From Minisyncoccota bacterium (GTDB lineage Bacteria > Patescibacteriota > Minisyncoccia > Phycocordibacterales > UBA9973), in contig JBAYME010000001.1 in NCBI GenBank assembly GCA_041663725.1, positions 1-38,928 on the forward strand: DNA of 38,928 nucleotides. The letters run 5' to 3'. Positions 15,486-23,831 of the stretch are shown in pieces. Below the pieces are notes generated by a model, which worked only from the letters and a program-made list of their open reading frames with translations, searched no databases and had not been told where the DNA came from. The number at the start of each line of letters is the position of its first letter. Position 1 is the stretch's first letter. Position numbers and translations under genes: made by a program.

Positions 15486-15590
15486 AGTGATAGTAATTAT
15501 TAGTTTATTAACCCGCACTAAGCGGACCATTAGTAATTAAGCCTTAGCAACTTCTCGTATGTTAAGTTTTAGTTATTAAAAAATAGATAT

Positions 15591-16784
15591 ATGGCAGAAG
15601 AATTTAAAAGAGACAAACCACACGTAAATGTTGGTACAATAGGTCACGTTGACCACGGTAAGACAACATTAACAGCAGCAATTTTACATGTATTAAGTTT
15701 AGCTGGTAAGACAGTTAGACTTCGTGATGTTGAGCAGATTGACAATGCTCCAGAAGAAAAAGCTCGTGGAATCACTATTAATATTTCCCACAATGAGTAT
15801 GCTACTGATGCTCGTCACTATGCACACATTGATGCTCCAGGTCACGCCGACTATATAAAAAACATGATCACAGGTGCTGCTCAAATGGACGGTGCTATCT
15901 TAGTGGTTGCTGCCACAGATGGAGCTATGCCACAGACACGCGAACACGTTCTTTTGGCAAAACAAGTTGGAGTGCCAAAAATTATCGTTTTCTTAAACAA
16001 GTGCGATATGGTAGATGATAAAGATATGATTGATATGGTTGAAGAAGAGATCCGAGAACTTCTAACTAAGCAAGGTTTTGATGGTGCAAATGCTCCAGTT
16101 ATTCGTGGTTCTGCTCTTAAGGGACTTGAAGCATCATCTATGGATGATGAGTGGGCAAAGAAGATCATTGAATTAACTGATGCTCTTGATACATATATTC
16201 CAGTTCCAGAAAGAGATACAAGTAAACCATTCCTTATGCCAGTTGAAGATATTTTCTCAATTGAAGGTCGTGGTACAGTTGTTACTGGAAAAATAGAAAG
16301 AGGCATAGTAAAAGTTGGTGAAGAAGTTGAAATAGTTGGTGTTAAAGCAACTCAAAAAACAACTGTTACTGGTATTGAAATGTTCAATAAAAATTTACAA
16401 GAAGGTATGGCTGGAGATAATGCAGGTATCCTTCTACGTGGTCTTAAAAAAGAAGACATAACTCGAGGACAAGTATTATGTAAACCAGGAACAACTACTC
16501 CACATGATAACTTTACTTGTGAAGTTTATATTTTGAAGAAAGAAGAGGGGGGAAGACATACACCATTCTTTAAAGGTTACAAGCCTCAATTTTATATTCG
16601 TACTACAGATGTAACTGGTGAAGTTACATTAGCAGATGGAGTAGAAATGGTTATGCCTGGAGATACAGCAAAGTTTACTGTTAAATTAGTTACTCCAGTT
16701 GCACTTGAAGATCAACAGAGATTTGCTATTAGAGAAGGAGGTAAGACTGTTGGTGCCGGAGTTGTTACAAAGATTATTGCGTAA
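15591..16784 (+). CDS. tuf: Translation elongation factor Tu
   Basis: 397 aa. [22 protein letters not shown]. Confidence 0.99.
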   Translation: MAEEFKRDKPHVNVGTIGHVDHGKTTLTAAILHVLSLAGKTVRLRDVEQIDNAPEEKARGITINISHNEYATDARHYAHIDAPGHADYIKNMITGAAQMDGAILVVAATDGAMPQTREHVLLAKQVGVPKIIVFLNKCDMVDDKDMIDMVEEEIRELLTKQGFDGANAPVIRGSALKGLEASSMDDEWAKKIIELTDALDTYIPVPERDTSKPFLMPVEDIFSIEGRGTVVTGKIERGIVKVGEEVEIVGVKATQKTTVTGIEMFNKNLQEGMAGDNAGILLRGLKKEDITRGQVLCKPGTTTPHDNFTCEVYILKKEEGGRHTPFFKGYKPQFYIRTTDVTGEVTLADGVEMVMPGDTAKFTVKLVTPVALEDQQRFAIREGGKTVGAGVVTKIIA

Positions 16785-16802
16785 ATATAGTGTGTTGGGC
16801 AC

Positions 16803-16862
16803 TAGGTACTAGGTACTAGTAATTTAAACGCTAGAGCCTAGGGCCTAAATCCTAAAGCCTAA
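16803..16862 (+). repeat. 7-nt-periodic stop-codon cassettes in the tuf-rpsJ spacer
   Basis: TAG at 16803/16810/16817 (ACTAGGT x3), then CTAGAGC CTAGGGC CTAAATC CTAAAGC CTAAAAA with stops at 16832/39/46/53/60. Confidence 0.85.
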
Positions 16863-16867
16863 AAAAA

Positions 16868-17284
16868 ATGACTGAAATAAAAACAAAAATTAAAAAGACA
16901 AAAGCAACAAAATCTAAAGTCAACGATACTACAGATACTGCTTCTTTAAAGTCTCCAAAAGAGAAAAAAGAAGAAGGGAAAGTAATTCTACGTATACGAG
17001 TACGTGCTTATGAAAGTAAGATTTTAGATGCATCTGTTAAGCAAATTATGGACACAGCAATGCGTTATGATGCAAAGATAGTTGGACCAGTTCCACTACC
17101 TACTGAGATTAAAAAATATACAGTTAATCGTGCTTCTTTTATTTATAAAAATACACGAGAGCAATTTGAAATAAGAGTACACAAAAGATTAATTGATATA
17201 ATAAATCCGTCCGCAAAGACAATTGAAGCGCTTACAAACTTATCACTTCCTTCTGGAGTTGATATAGATGTTAAGATGATGTAA
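16868..17284 (+). CDS. rpsJ: Ribosomal protein uS10 with ~36-aa Lys-rich N-terminal extension
   Basis: 138 aa. Core ILRIRVRAYESKILD...GPVPLPT...RLIDI. Confidence 0.95.
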   Translation: MTEIKTKIKKTKATKSKVNDTTDTASLKSPKEKKEEGKVILRIRVRAYESKILDASVKQIMDTAMRYDAKIVGPVPLPTEIKKYTVNRASFIYKNTREQFEIRVHKRLIDIINPSAKTIEALTNLSLPSGVDIDVKMM

Positions 17285-17285
17285 T

Positions 17286-17327
17286 TACGAGATTAAATCC
17301 ATAAACTACGAGATTAAATCCATAAAA
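17286..17327 (+). repeat. 21-nt tandem repeat TACGAGATTAAATCCATAAAC x2 upstream of rplC
   Basis: Copies at 17286-17306 and 17307-17327 (20/21 identical). Confidence 0.9.
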
Positions 17328-17332
17328 AATTT

Positions 17333-17950
17333 ATGAAATATATTTTAGGAATAAAAGAAAATATGACTGAATACTTTACCGAAGAGGGAAAGGTTATTCC
17401 AGTGACTATAGTAAGAGCAGGCCCAATTACCGTAACTAGAGTTTTTGAAAAAGAAAAAGATGGATATAACTCTGTTCAAGTTGGTTTTGGTTCTCAAAAA
17501 AAAGAGAGAATAAATAAAGCTCGTGCCGGACAAATGAAAGATGGAGCTTATAGGACTTTAAAAGAATTCAGATTAAAACCCGCTGATAAAAATGAGGCAA
17601 AGGAAGGTGACGTAATAGATGTTTCAATTTTTAACCCAGGAGACAATCTTCAAATCTCAGGAATTTCAAAAGGTAAAGGTTTTCAAGGTGTTGTGAAGAG
17701 ACATGGTTTCCATGGTGGTCCTCGCAGTCATGGACAAAAACACTCCGAAAGAGAGCCTGGTTCTATTGGTGGAGGATTACGTACACATGTACCAGTTGGA
17801 ATGAGAATGGCAGGAAGAATGGGATCAGATAGAATTACCTATAAAAACTTAAAAGTTGTTTTTGTAGATAAGGAAAATAATTTAATGCTTGTGAAGGGAG
17901 CTTTGCCAGGACGACGCGGAACTTTAATTGAAATAGTTAGTAGAGGTTAA
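17333..17950 (+). CDS. rplC: Ribosomal protein uL3
   Basis: 205 aa. GKGFQGVVKRHGF.GGP.SHG motif. Confidence 0.97.
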   Translation: MKYILGIKENMTEYFTEEGKVIPVTIVRAGPITVTRVFEKEKDGYNSVQVGFGSQKKERINKARAGQMKDGAYRTLKEFRLKPADKNEAKEGDVIDVSIFNPGDNLQISGISKGKGFQGVVKRHGFHGGPRSHGQKHSEREPGSIGGGLRTHVPVGMRMAGRMGSDRITYKNLKVVFVDKENNLMLVKGALPGRRGTLIEIVSRG

Positions 17951-17995
17951 AAGTTATAAATAGAGTTTAAGACCACAAATAATAATAAAGAAATT

Positions 17996-18655
17996 ATGGA
18001 AGCAAAAATATACAATCAAAAAGGAGATGAAGCAGGGAAGATAGTTCTCCCAGAAAAAGTTTTTTCTGCAAAATGGCGTGCTGATTTAGTGCATCAAGTT
18101 GTAGAAGGAATGCGTTCAAATAAACGTGCAGGAACTGCTGACACTAAAGGACGTGGAGAAGTGAGTGGTGGAGGAAAAAAACCATGGAAACAAAAAGGAA
18201 CTGGACGAGCTCGTCACGGATCTTCTAGGAGTCCTATTTGGGTTGGTGGAGGGGTTACTCATGGTCCACTTGCTGAAAAGAATTATAAAAGAAAAATTTC
18301 AAAGAAAATGCGAGCACAGGCTCTATTCTCAGTTTTATCTAAAAAACTTAAAGATAATGAAATACTTTTTGTTGATTCACTTAAGCCAGCTAAGATAAAT
18401 ACAAAAGCAGCATTAGATGTTATGAAGACTTTATCCAAAGCAACTGGATTTAAGCCACTAGCTAATTCAAAAAAACCCAGAGTTTTAGTGGCCCTATCTG
18501 GAAGAAGTGAAAGCACAGAAAAAAGTTTCAGAAATTTACCCCAATTAGAGATAGTTTTCTTAAATAATTTAAACCCATTAGATGTATTGAATTACCAATA
18601 TCTTTTAATTGAAAATCCAGAAGAAAGTGTTAAATTTTTAGCAGCACGCGGATAA
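17996..18655 (+). CDS. rplD: Ribosomal protein uL4
   Basis: 219 aa. GGGKKPWKQKGTGRARHGS.RSPIWVGGGV. Confidence 0.97.
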   Translation: MEAKIYNQKGDEAGKIVLPEKVFSAKWRADLVHQVVEGMRSNKRAGTADTKGRGEVSGGGKKPWKQKGTGRARHGSSRSPIWVGGGVTHGPLAEKNYKRKISKKMRAQALFSVLSKKLKDNEILFVDSLKPAKINTKAALDVMKTLSKATGFKPLANSKKPRVLVALSGRSESTEKSFRNLPQLEIVFLNNLNPLDVLNYQYLLIENPEESVKFLAARG

Positions 18656-18667
18656 TTGTAAAATAAA

Positions 18668-18943
18668 ATGATAATAAATAAAATAATTAAAAAACCAAGA
18701 GTTACAGAAAAAGCTTCTTACGTAGCTGAAAAAAATGTGTACACTTTTAATGTTGAAAAATCTGCCAATAAAACAGAAATTAAAAAAGCAATTTTTCAAT
18801 TATATAAAGTAAAACCAGTTAAAGTAAATATTTTAGCAATTCCAGCAAAAAGAGTTTCAATCCGTGGCCGAGCAAGTCTTTCTGGTTCAGGGAAAAAAGC
18901 TTTAGTATATTTAAAAAAAGGAGATATTATAGAAATAATATAG
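18668..18943 (+). CDS. rplW: Ribosomal protein uL23
   Basis: 91 aa. PRVTEKA...F.V...ANKTEIKKA....Y.VKP..VN. Confidence 0.95.
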   Translation: MIINKIIKKPRVTEKASYVAEKNVYTFNVEKSANKTEIKKAIFQLYKVKPVKVNILAIPAKRVSIRGRASLSGSGKKALVYLKKGDIIEII

Positions 18944-18961
18944 TCAATTAAAAATTAGGAA

Positions 18962-18975
18962 TTATCAATTACGAA
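18962..18975 (+). repeat. TTATCAATTACGAA box, 8 nt before the rplB ATG
   Basis: Exact 14-mer. Confidence 0.85.
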
Positions 18976-18983
18976 TTGAAAAA

Positions 18984-19832
18984 ATGAAGACACATAAACC
19001 TACAACTAAATCAAGAAGAAATATGACTCACGTGACTTATCGTGGAGTTTTAACAAAGACGACACCAACAAAGTCTCTAACTCATGGTTTTAAACGTTCA
19101 GTAGGGCGCAATAGCCAGGGGCGAATTACAATGCGTCATAAGGGTGGTGGACATAAACGTCTTTTCCGTGAAGTTGATTTTTTATATAGTAAAAAAGATA
19201 TTCCAGCTAAAATATCTAGTGTTGAATATGATCCAAACCGTTCTGCTTTTATTGGTTTAGCTGTTTATAAAGATGGAGAGAAAAAATATGTAGTTTTACC
19301 AAAATCTGTTAAGGCAGGAGATCCTTTTATCGTTTCAGAAAAAGCTGAACTAAAACCTGGGAATCGTTTACCTTTAAAAAATATTCCAGTTGGAACCTTT
19401 GTATATAATATAGAAATAAAACCTCGTGGTGGTGCTAAAATCGGACGTGGAGCTGGAGTTTTTGCTCAAGTTGTAGCGAATGCTGAAGGTTATACAAATT
19501 TGAAAATGCCATCATCTGAAGTTCGAAAAATAAATGAAAAATGTTGGGCTTCTATTGGAACTGTTTCAAACGAAGAACATCATCTGGAAAATTTTGGAAA
19601 GGCAGGAAGAAGTCGCTGGAAAGGTATCCGTCCAAGAGTTCGTGGTACTGCTATGAATCCAGTAGATCATCCATATGGTGGAGGAGAAGGAAGACAAGGA
19701 CGTGGTACAAAGAGACCAAAAACACTCTGGGGTAAGGTTACAGGAGGACGTAAGACTAGACATCCAAAGAAATATTCAAATGTATTTTTAGTTTCAAGAA
19801 GAAAGACTGGTAAGTCTAGAAAAGGTAAATAA
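18984..19832 (+). CDS. rplB: Ribosomal protein uL2
   Basis: 282 aa. RHKGGGHKR, GTAMNPVDHPYGGGEGR. Confidence 0.98.
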   Translation: MKTHKPTTKSRRNMTHVTYRGVLTKTTPTKSLTHGFKRSVGRNSQGRITMRHKGGGHKRLFREVDFLYSKKDIPAKISSVEYDPNRSAFIGLAVYKDGEKKYVVLPKSVKAGDPFIVSEKAELKPGNRLPLKNIPVGTFVYNIEIKPRGGAKIGRGAGVFAQVVANAEGYTNLKMPSSEVRKINEKCWASIGTVSNEEHHLENFGKAGRSRWKGIRPRVRGTAMNPVDHPYGGGEGRQGRGTKRPKTLWGKVTGGRKTRHPKKYSNVFLVSRRKTGKSRKGK

Positions 19833-19838
19833 AAAATT

Positions 19839-19862
19839 AAAAATCCCCGAAAGGGGATTTTT
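19839..19862 (+). terminator. GNRA-loop terminator after rplB (identical to 12121-12145)
   Basis: AAAAATCCCC-GAAA-GGGGATTTTT. Confidence 0.75.
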
Positions 19863-19866
19863 GTTA

Positions 19867-19872
19867 TATAAT
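19867..19872 (+). promoter_or_regulatory. TATAAT -10 hexamer, 6 nt upstream of ATG 19879
   Basis: The spacing matches the other leaderless-type starts in the window. Confidence 0.45.
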
Positions 19873-19878
19873 AAATTT

Positions 19879-20271
19879 ATGAAAAAACTATCAGAAAAAA
19901 AGAGGTTTTCGTTGGTTGCAAGAGGGAAGAGTATTGCTAATGCTTTTCGTGGAATTAGTATTGTAGTTAGGAGTACTCACAATTTATGGGTACATATATT
20001 TTTTGCTATAGTAGTAATTTGTTTTGGTTTTCTTTTTAATATTTCAAGTTTAGAGTGGATTGCTGTAATTTTTTCTATTGGTTTGGTTTTTATAACAGAA
20101 ACTATTAATACTTCTATTGAAATTGATATTGATTTAACTTCTCCTAATTATCATCCATACGCTAGGGATACAAAAGATATAGCTGCCGGTGCAGTTTTGA
20201 TTTCTTGTGTTGTAGCTGTGATTGTTGGTTTAATTATTTTTTTACCAAAGGTTTTAGTATTATCTTTTTAA
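19879..20271 (+). CDS. DgkA-family small membrane lipid kinase (diacylglycerol/undecaprenol kinase-like)
   Basis: 130 aa from ATG 19879. Three TM helices, ETINTSIE acidic motif, DIAAGAVL. Inserted between rplB and rpsS. Confidence 0.75.
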   Translation: MKKLSEKKRFSLVARGKSIANAFRGISIVVRSTHNLWVHIFFAIVVICFGFLFNISSLEWIAVIFSIGLVFITETINTSIEIDIDLTSPNYHPYARDTKDIAAGAVLISCVVAVIVGLIIFLPKVLVLSF

Positions 20272-20366
20272 GATTATTGATATTATATTATTTTATTTCA
20301 CCACATATTTTTAATCTCGCAACACGATTTTATTTAACTTAATAAAAACAATAGTGATTTAAAAAT

Positions 20367-20394
20367 TTGACATTTTATATGTATTTGCTAATAT
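20367..20394 (+). promoter_or_regulatory. Promoter TTGACA-N16-TAATAT restarting the S10 cluster at rpsS
   Basis: Consensus -35 at 20367-20372, -10 at 20389-20394. About 105-nt leader to ATG 20505. Confidence 0.6.
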
Positions 20395-20504
20395 GAAACA
20401 TAGCTCGTTAAGGGCTTTTTATTTACTCGCATACTCAGGTTTAAAGAGTGTTTGGATGTAGATAATTAAATATTTAAACATAAGTGTGTGATTTTAGTAA
20501 ATTT

Positions 20505-20852
20505 ATGACAAGATCAATTAAAAAAGGAATAAATATAGACGAGAAGCTTCTAAAAAAAATAGAAGGCAAAAATCCATTACAAACTGAAATGATAAAGACA
20601 TGGAAAAGAGCTTGCCAGATATCACCTGAGATGGTCGGTTTTACTTTTGGCGTACACAACGGAAAGACTCATGTCGAAGTATTGGTTACTGAAGATATGG
20701 TTGGACATAGACTTGGTGAATTTTCTCCTACAAAGAAATTTATGAAACATGGAGGAAAGATGCAGAAAGAATTAGAACAAAAGAAAAAAGAAGCAGAAAT
20801 TACTCAAGCCAAGTCAGCTACTGCAGCAGCCGCTGATTCTAAGAAGAAATAG
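20505..20852 (+). CDS. rpsS: Ribosomal protein uS19 with C-terminal extension
   Basis: Start at ATG 20505 (MTRSIKKG). [32 protein letters not shown]. Confidence 0.95.
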   Translation: MTRSIKKGINIDEKLLKKIEGKNPLQTEMIKTWKRACQISPEMVGFTFGVHNGKTHVEVLVTEDMVGHRLGEFSPTKKFMKHGGKMQKELEQKKKEAEITQAKSATAAAADSKKK

Positions 20853-20886
20853 AAAGTTATAAAATAAAAAGTTATAAAGTAAAATT

Positions 20887-21339
20887 ATGAAAGCATTTTT
20901 AAAAAATTATAGACAATCCCCAAGAAAGGTTCGACTAGTTGCTAGTTTGATTAAGGGCAAGAATGTAGATAGGGCTTTAGTTGAGCTTGATTTTTTGGCG
21001 AAAAAAGCTGGAGATCCTATTTCTAAGCTTTTAATTTCTGCAATTTCAAATGCTAAAAATATGGGCATAGAAAAAGAAAATTTATTTATAAAAGAAATTC
21101 GAGTAGATAAAGGAATTGTTATGAAGAGAATGATGCCAGCTGCCATGGGTACTGGTCATCGTATAAATAAGCGCACAAGTCACATTACATTACTTTTAGC
21201 TGAAAAAAATACAAAAAAAACTTCCAAAAAAGAAATAAAGGATGAAAAAAAGGAAGAAATGAAAAACCCTATTAAAAAAATAGAAGATAAAAAAATAAAA
21301 AAGGTTGAGAAAAAAGTAAAAGATAAGAAGATAAAATAA
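20887..21339 (+). CDS. rplV: Ribosomal protein uL22 with ~40-aa Lys-rich C-terminal tail
   Basis: 150 aa. YRQSPRKVRLVASLIKG...A..EL.F. Confidence 0.95.
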   Translation: MKAFLKNYRQSPRKVRLVASLIKGKNVDRALVELDFLAKKAGDPISKLLISAISNAKNMGIEKENLFIKEIRVDKGIVMKRMMPAAMGTGHRINKRTSHITLLLAEKNTKKTSKKEIKDEKKEEMKNPIKKIEDKKIKKVEKKVKDKKIK

Positions 21340-21343
21340 TTTT

Positions 21344-22078
21344 ATGTCAAAAATAGTTCACCCATATGCACATAGATTGATAATGCTCCGAGACTGGAAA
21401 TCTCGCTGGTTTGCTGATCCCAAAAAATATTGTGATTATTTAAAGGGTGATGTTTTAGTTCGTGAATATTTAGAAAAAAAATTACGCGGAATGTATATTT
21501 CCACTATTGAGATAGAAAGAAGTAGAAAAGCTACCCGTTTTATAATAAAGACTTCCAGACCAGGATTGATCATTGGTAGAAGTGGGGAGGGTGCTACAAA
21601 ACTTAAAGAAGATATTTTAAAAAAGATGGAGAAGTTAAAGCTTTCAAAACCAGAGGATTTTAAGTTGGAAATAGTTGAAATTACTAATCCTGAAGCTGAT
21701 GCCGCTATAGTTGCTTATATGATAGCTGAAGGCCTAGAAAAGAGAATGCCTTATCGTAGGGTTATAAAGCAAATCATAGAAAAAGTTATGAGTGCTCGTG
21801 GCGTTGAAGGAGCTAGAATCGTACTTTCTGGCAGACTTGGTGGTGCTGAAATTGCTCGAACAGAAGAATTAAAGAAAGGTTCTATTCCTCTTCAGACCTT
21901 TCGTGCAGATATTGATTTTAAGCGCGAAAGAGCCCATTTACCATATGGTGATTTAGGTATAAAAGTCTGGATTTACCGAGGAAAAATTTTTTCTGAAAAG
22001 AAAGCTGCTAACAATGATTCCGATTCAATATTAAAAGTTTCCGCCGAAGGCGGATCCGCCTCTGGCGGAAAGAATTAA
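21344..22078 (+). CDS. rpsC: Ribosomal protein uS3
   Basis: 244 aa. KIVHPYAHRL, KH domain GLIIGRSGEG, GRLGGAEIAR. The C-terminal tail SAEGGSASGGKN is encoded by twin hairpins. Confidence 0.97.
   Translation: MSKIVHPYAHRLIMLRDWKSRWFADPKKYCDYLKGDVLVREYLEKKLRGMYISTIEIERSRKATRFIIKTSRPGLIIGRSGEGATKLKEDILKKMEKLKLSKPEDFKLEIVEITNPEADAAIVAYMIAEGLEKRMPYRRVIKQIIEKVMSARGVEGARIVLSGRLGGAEIARTEELKKGSIPLQTFRADIDFKRERAHLPYGDLGIKVWIYRGKIFSEKKAANNDSDSILKVSAEGGSASGGKN
22040..22069 (+). repeat. Twin GC hairpin module in frame at the rpsC 3' end
   Basis: TCCGCC-GAA-GGCGGA immediately followed by TCCGCC-TCT-GGCGGA. Confidence 0.8.
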
Positions 22079-22087
22079 TTTAAATAT

Positions 22088-22516
22088 ATGTTAATCCCTA
22101 AAAAAGTAAAATTTAGAAAATGGCAATCAACACGTATAAATCCTAAAGCTAGGACGCCTGAAACTCGTGGTACTAAATTATCTTTTGGTTCTTATGGTTT
22201 AAAAGCAGAAACTCAGGCTCGTGTAAAGTCTAATCAAATTGAATCTGCAAGAAAGGCTATGTCTCGTGCTTTGACCAAAGCTGGAAAATATTGGATAAGA
22301 ATTTTTCCTGACAGACCTTTTACAGCCAAGGCTGCAGAAGTAGGTATGGGAAAGGGTAAAGGAGATCCACAAGGTTATTGCTTTGAAGTTTTTCCTGGAC
22401 GTATTATTTTTGAAGTTGATGGAGTGGATGAAGCTATTGCAAGAGAAGCATTAAGAAAAGCTGGAACTAAACTTCCTGTTAAATGTAGAGTTGTTTCCAG
22501 GGCCCATAAACAATAG
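22088..22516 (+). CDS. rplP: Ribosomal protein uL16
   Basis: 142 aa. MLIPKKVKFRK....GMGKGKG. Confidence 0.97.
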   Translation: MLIPKKVKFRKWQSTRINPKARTPETRGTKLSFGSYGLKAETQARVKSNQIESARKAMSRALTKAGKYWIRIFPDRPFTAKAAEVGMGKGKGDPQGYCFEVFPGRIIFEVDGVDEAIAREALRKAGTKLPVKCRVVSRAHKQ

Positions 22517-22530
22517 AGATCAATTATCAA

Positions 22531-22544
22531 TTATCAATTACGAA
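22531..22544 (+). repeat. TTATCAATTACGAA box, 11 nt before the rpmC ATG
   Basis: Exact 14-mer preceded by the partial copy TCAATTATCAA. Confidence 0.85.
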
Positions 22545-22555
22545 TGAACAATTAA

Positions 22556-22747
22556 ATGTCAAAAAAAACAGAAAATTTAAAAGAAATAGGGAAAGATCAG
22601 CTCAAGATAAAACTTGTTGAATTACAAGAAAAAATACGAGTCAATAGATTTAAAGCTGAAGGCTCAAAGCCTAAAAATGTTAAAGAAATGGCATCTTTCA
22701 AGAAACAAGTAGCTAGAATTTTAACTGAAATAAATAAGAAAAAATAA
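22556..22747 (+). CDS. rpmC: Ribosomal protein uL29
   Basis: 63 aa helical protein in the canonical rplP-rpmC-rpsQ position. Confidence 0.9.
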   Translation: MSKKTENLKEIGKDQLKIKLVELQEKIRVNRFKAEGSKPKNVKEMASFKKQVARILTEINKKK

Positions 22748-22752
22748 AAATT

Positions 22753-23040
22753 ATGAAAATGAAAATAGAAACAAATAAAAAAGAAAACAAAGCGAATGTA
22801 CTTAAGGGTATAGTGGTTTCTGATAAAATGGATAAAACTATAGTTGTTTCTGTTTCTCGTTTTATTAAGCACCCTAAATACGGGAAGTTTTATAGTAAAA
22901 ATAAAAAATATAAAGCACATGACGCAGAAAATAAATATAAAACAGGTGATAAGGTAGAAATAATTGAAACCAGGCCGATTTCAAAAGATAAAAAATTTTC
23001 CGTCCTAGACGGATCCGCCTCTGGTGGAAAAGTATTATAA
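22753..23040 (+). CDS. rpsQ: Ribosomal protein uS17
   Basis: 95 aa. [16 protein letters not shown]...KHPKYGK....K.KAHD.....GD.V.I.E.RPISK. The tail [10 protein letters not shown] is encoded by twin hairpins. Confidence 0.95.
   Translation: MKMKIETNKKENKANVLKGIVVSDKMDKTIVVSVSRFIKHPKYGKFYSKNKKYKAHDAENKYKTGDKVEIIETRPISKDKKFSVLDGSASGGKVL
22999..23028 (+). repeat. Twin GC hairpin module in frame at the rpsQ 3' end
   Basis: TCCGTC-CTA-GACGGA then TCCGCC-TCT-GGTGGA. Relative to the rpsC copy, the C-G pair has become T-A (compensatory) and one pair has become G-U. Confidence 0.8.
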
Positions 23041-23068
23041 TATAATTTCCCGCCATAGGCGGACAAGT

Positions 23069-23440
23069 ATGATTCAACCACAAACAATAGTAAAAATAAC
23101 TGATAATGCAGGAGGAACAGTTGGACAAGTGTTCAAGGTATTAGGTAGTTCTAAAAAAAGATATGCAGAACTAGGCGAGCTTGTTATGATCTCTGTAAAA
23201 GTAGCTCAACCACGAAAAGCTGTTAAAAAGAAAGATATACATCAAGCAGTTGTTGTTCGAACTAGAAATGCTTTTAGAAGAAAAGACGGTTCTTATATTC
23301 GTTTTGATGATAACGCTGTAGTTATCGTAGAAAAAGGTAAAAAAGATCCAAAAGCTGGACGCGTTTTTGGTCCAATTCCGAGAGAATTAGCGGAAAAAGG
23401 TTTTCAGAAGATTATTTCTTTAGCACCAGAAGTTATTTAA
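23069..23440 (+). CDS. rplN: Ribosomal protein uL14
   Basis: Start at ATG 23069 (MIQPQTIVKITDNAGG). 123 aa. Confidence 0.97.
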   Translation: MIQPQTIVKITDNAGGTVGQVFKVLGSSKKRYAELGELVMISVKVAQPRKAVKKKDIHQAVVVRTRNAFRRKDGSYIRFDDNAVVIVEKGKKDPKAGRVFGPIPRELAEKGFQKIISLAPEVI

Positions 23441-23483
23441 TTTATAACTAAAAGTTTAACACCAAAAATAATTTAAAAATAAA

Positions 23484-23789
23484 ATGAAATTAAAAAAAGG
23501 AGACAATGTAATAGTTATAGCAGGGAAAGACAAAGGTAAAAAAGGTAAGATTACCCGTGTTTTGGTTGCTAAAAATAGAATAGTGATAGAAGGAATAAAT
23601 ACTATGAAGAAACATCAACGCCCAAGAAAGTCTGGGGAAAAAGGACAAGTAATTAATGTTGCTATGCCACTTAATGCTTCAAATGCAATGATATTGGACC
23701 CAAAGACTGGTAAGGGTTCTAGGATTGGAAAGAAAAAAGTTGGTGAAAAAATGGTTCGAGTTACAAGAAAAAGTGATCAAGAAATATAG
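23484..23789 (+). CDS. rplX: Ribosomal protein uL24
   Basis: 101 aa. KLKKGDNVIVIAGKDKGKKGKI KOW motif. Confidence 0.95.
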   Translation: MKLKKGDNVIVIAGKDKGKKGKITRVLVAKNRIVIEGINTMKKHQRPRKSGEKGQVINVAMPLNASNAMILDPKTGKGSRIGKKKVGEKMVRVTRKSDQEI

Positions 23790-23793
23790 ACAA

Positions 23794-23821
23794 TTAACAA
23801 TTACGAATTATCAATTACGAA
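23794..23821 (+). repeat. TTA(A/T)CAATTACGAA box x2, ending 10 nt before the rplE ATG
   Basis: Degenerate copy at 23794-23807, exact copy at 23808-23821. Confidence 0.85.
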
Positions 23822-23831
23822 TTAAATTCAA

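Noticed and set aside
15881-16306. 141-aa antisense ORF inside tuf, and similar antisense or alternate-frame ORFs (15699-15884, 13448-13753, 12264-12461, 18165-18516, 19541-19763, 20907-21146, 22597-23128, 26321-26596, 34895-35203 and others)
   Set aside because: These are shadow ORFs within highly conserved genes. They have low-complexity or hydrophobic junk translations and no independent signals.
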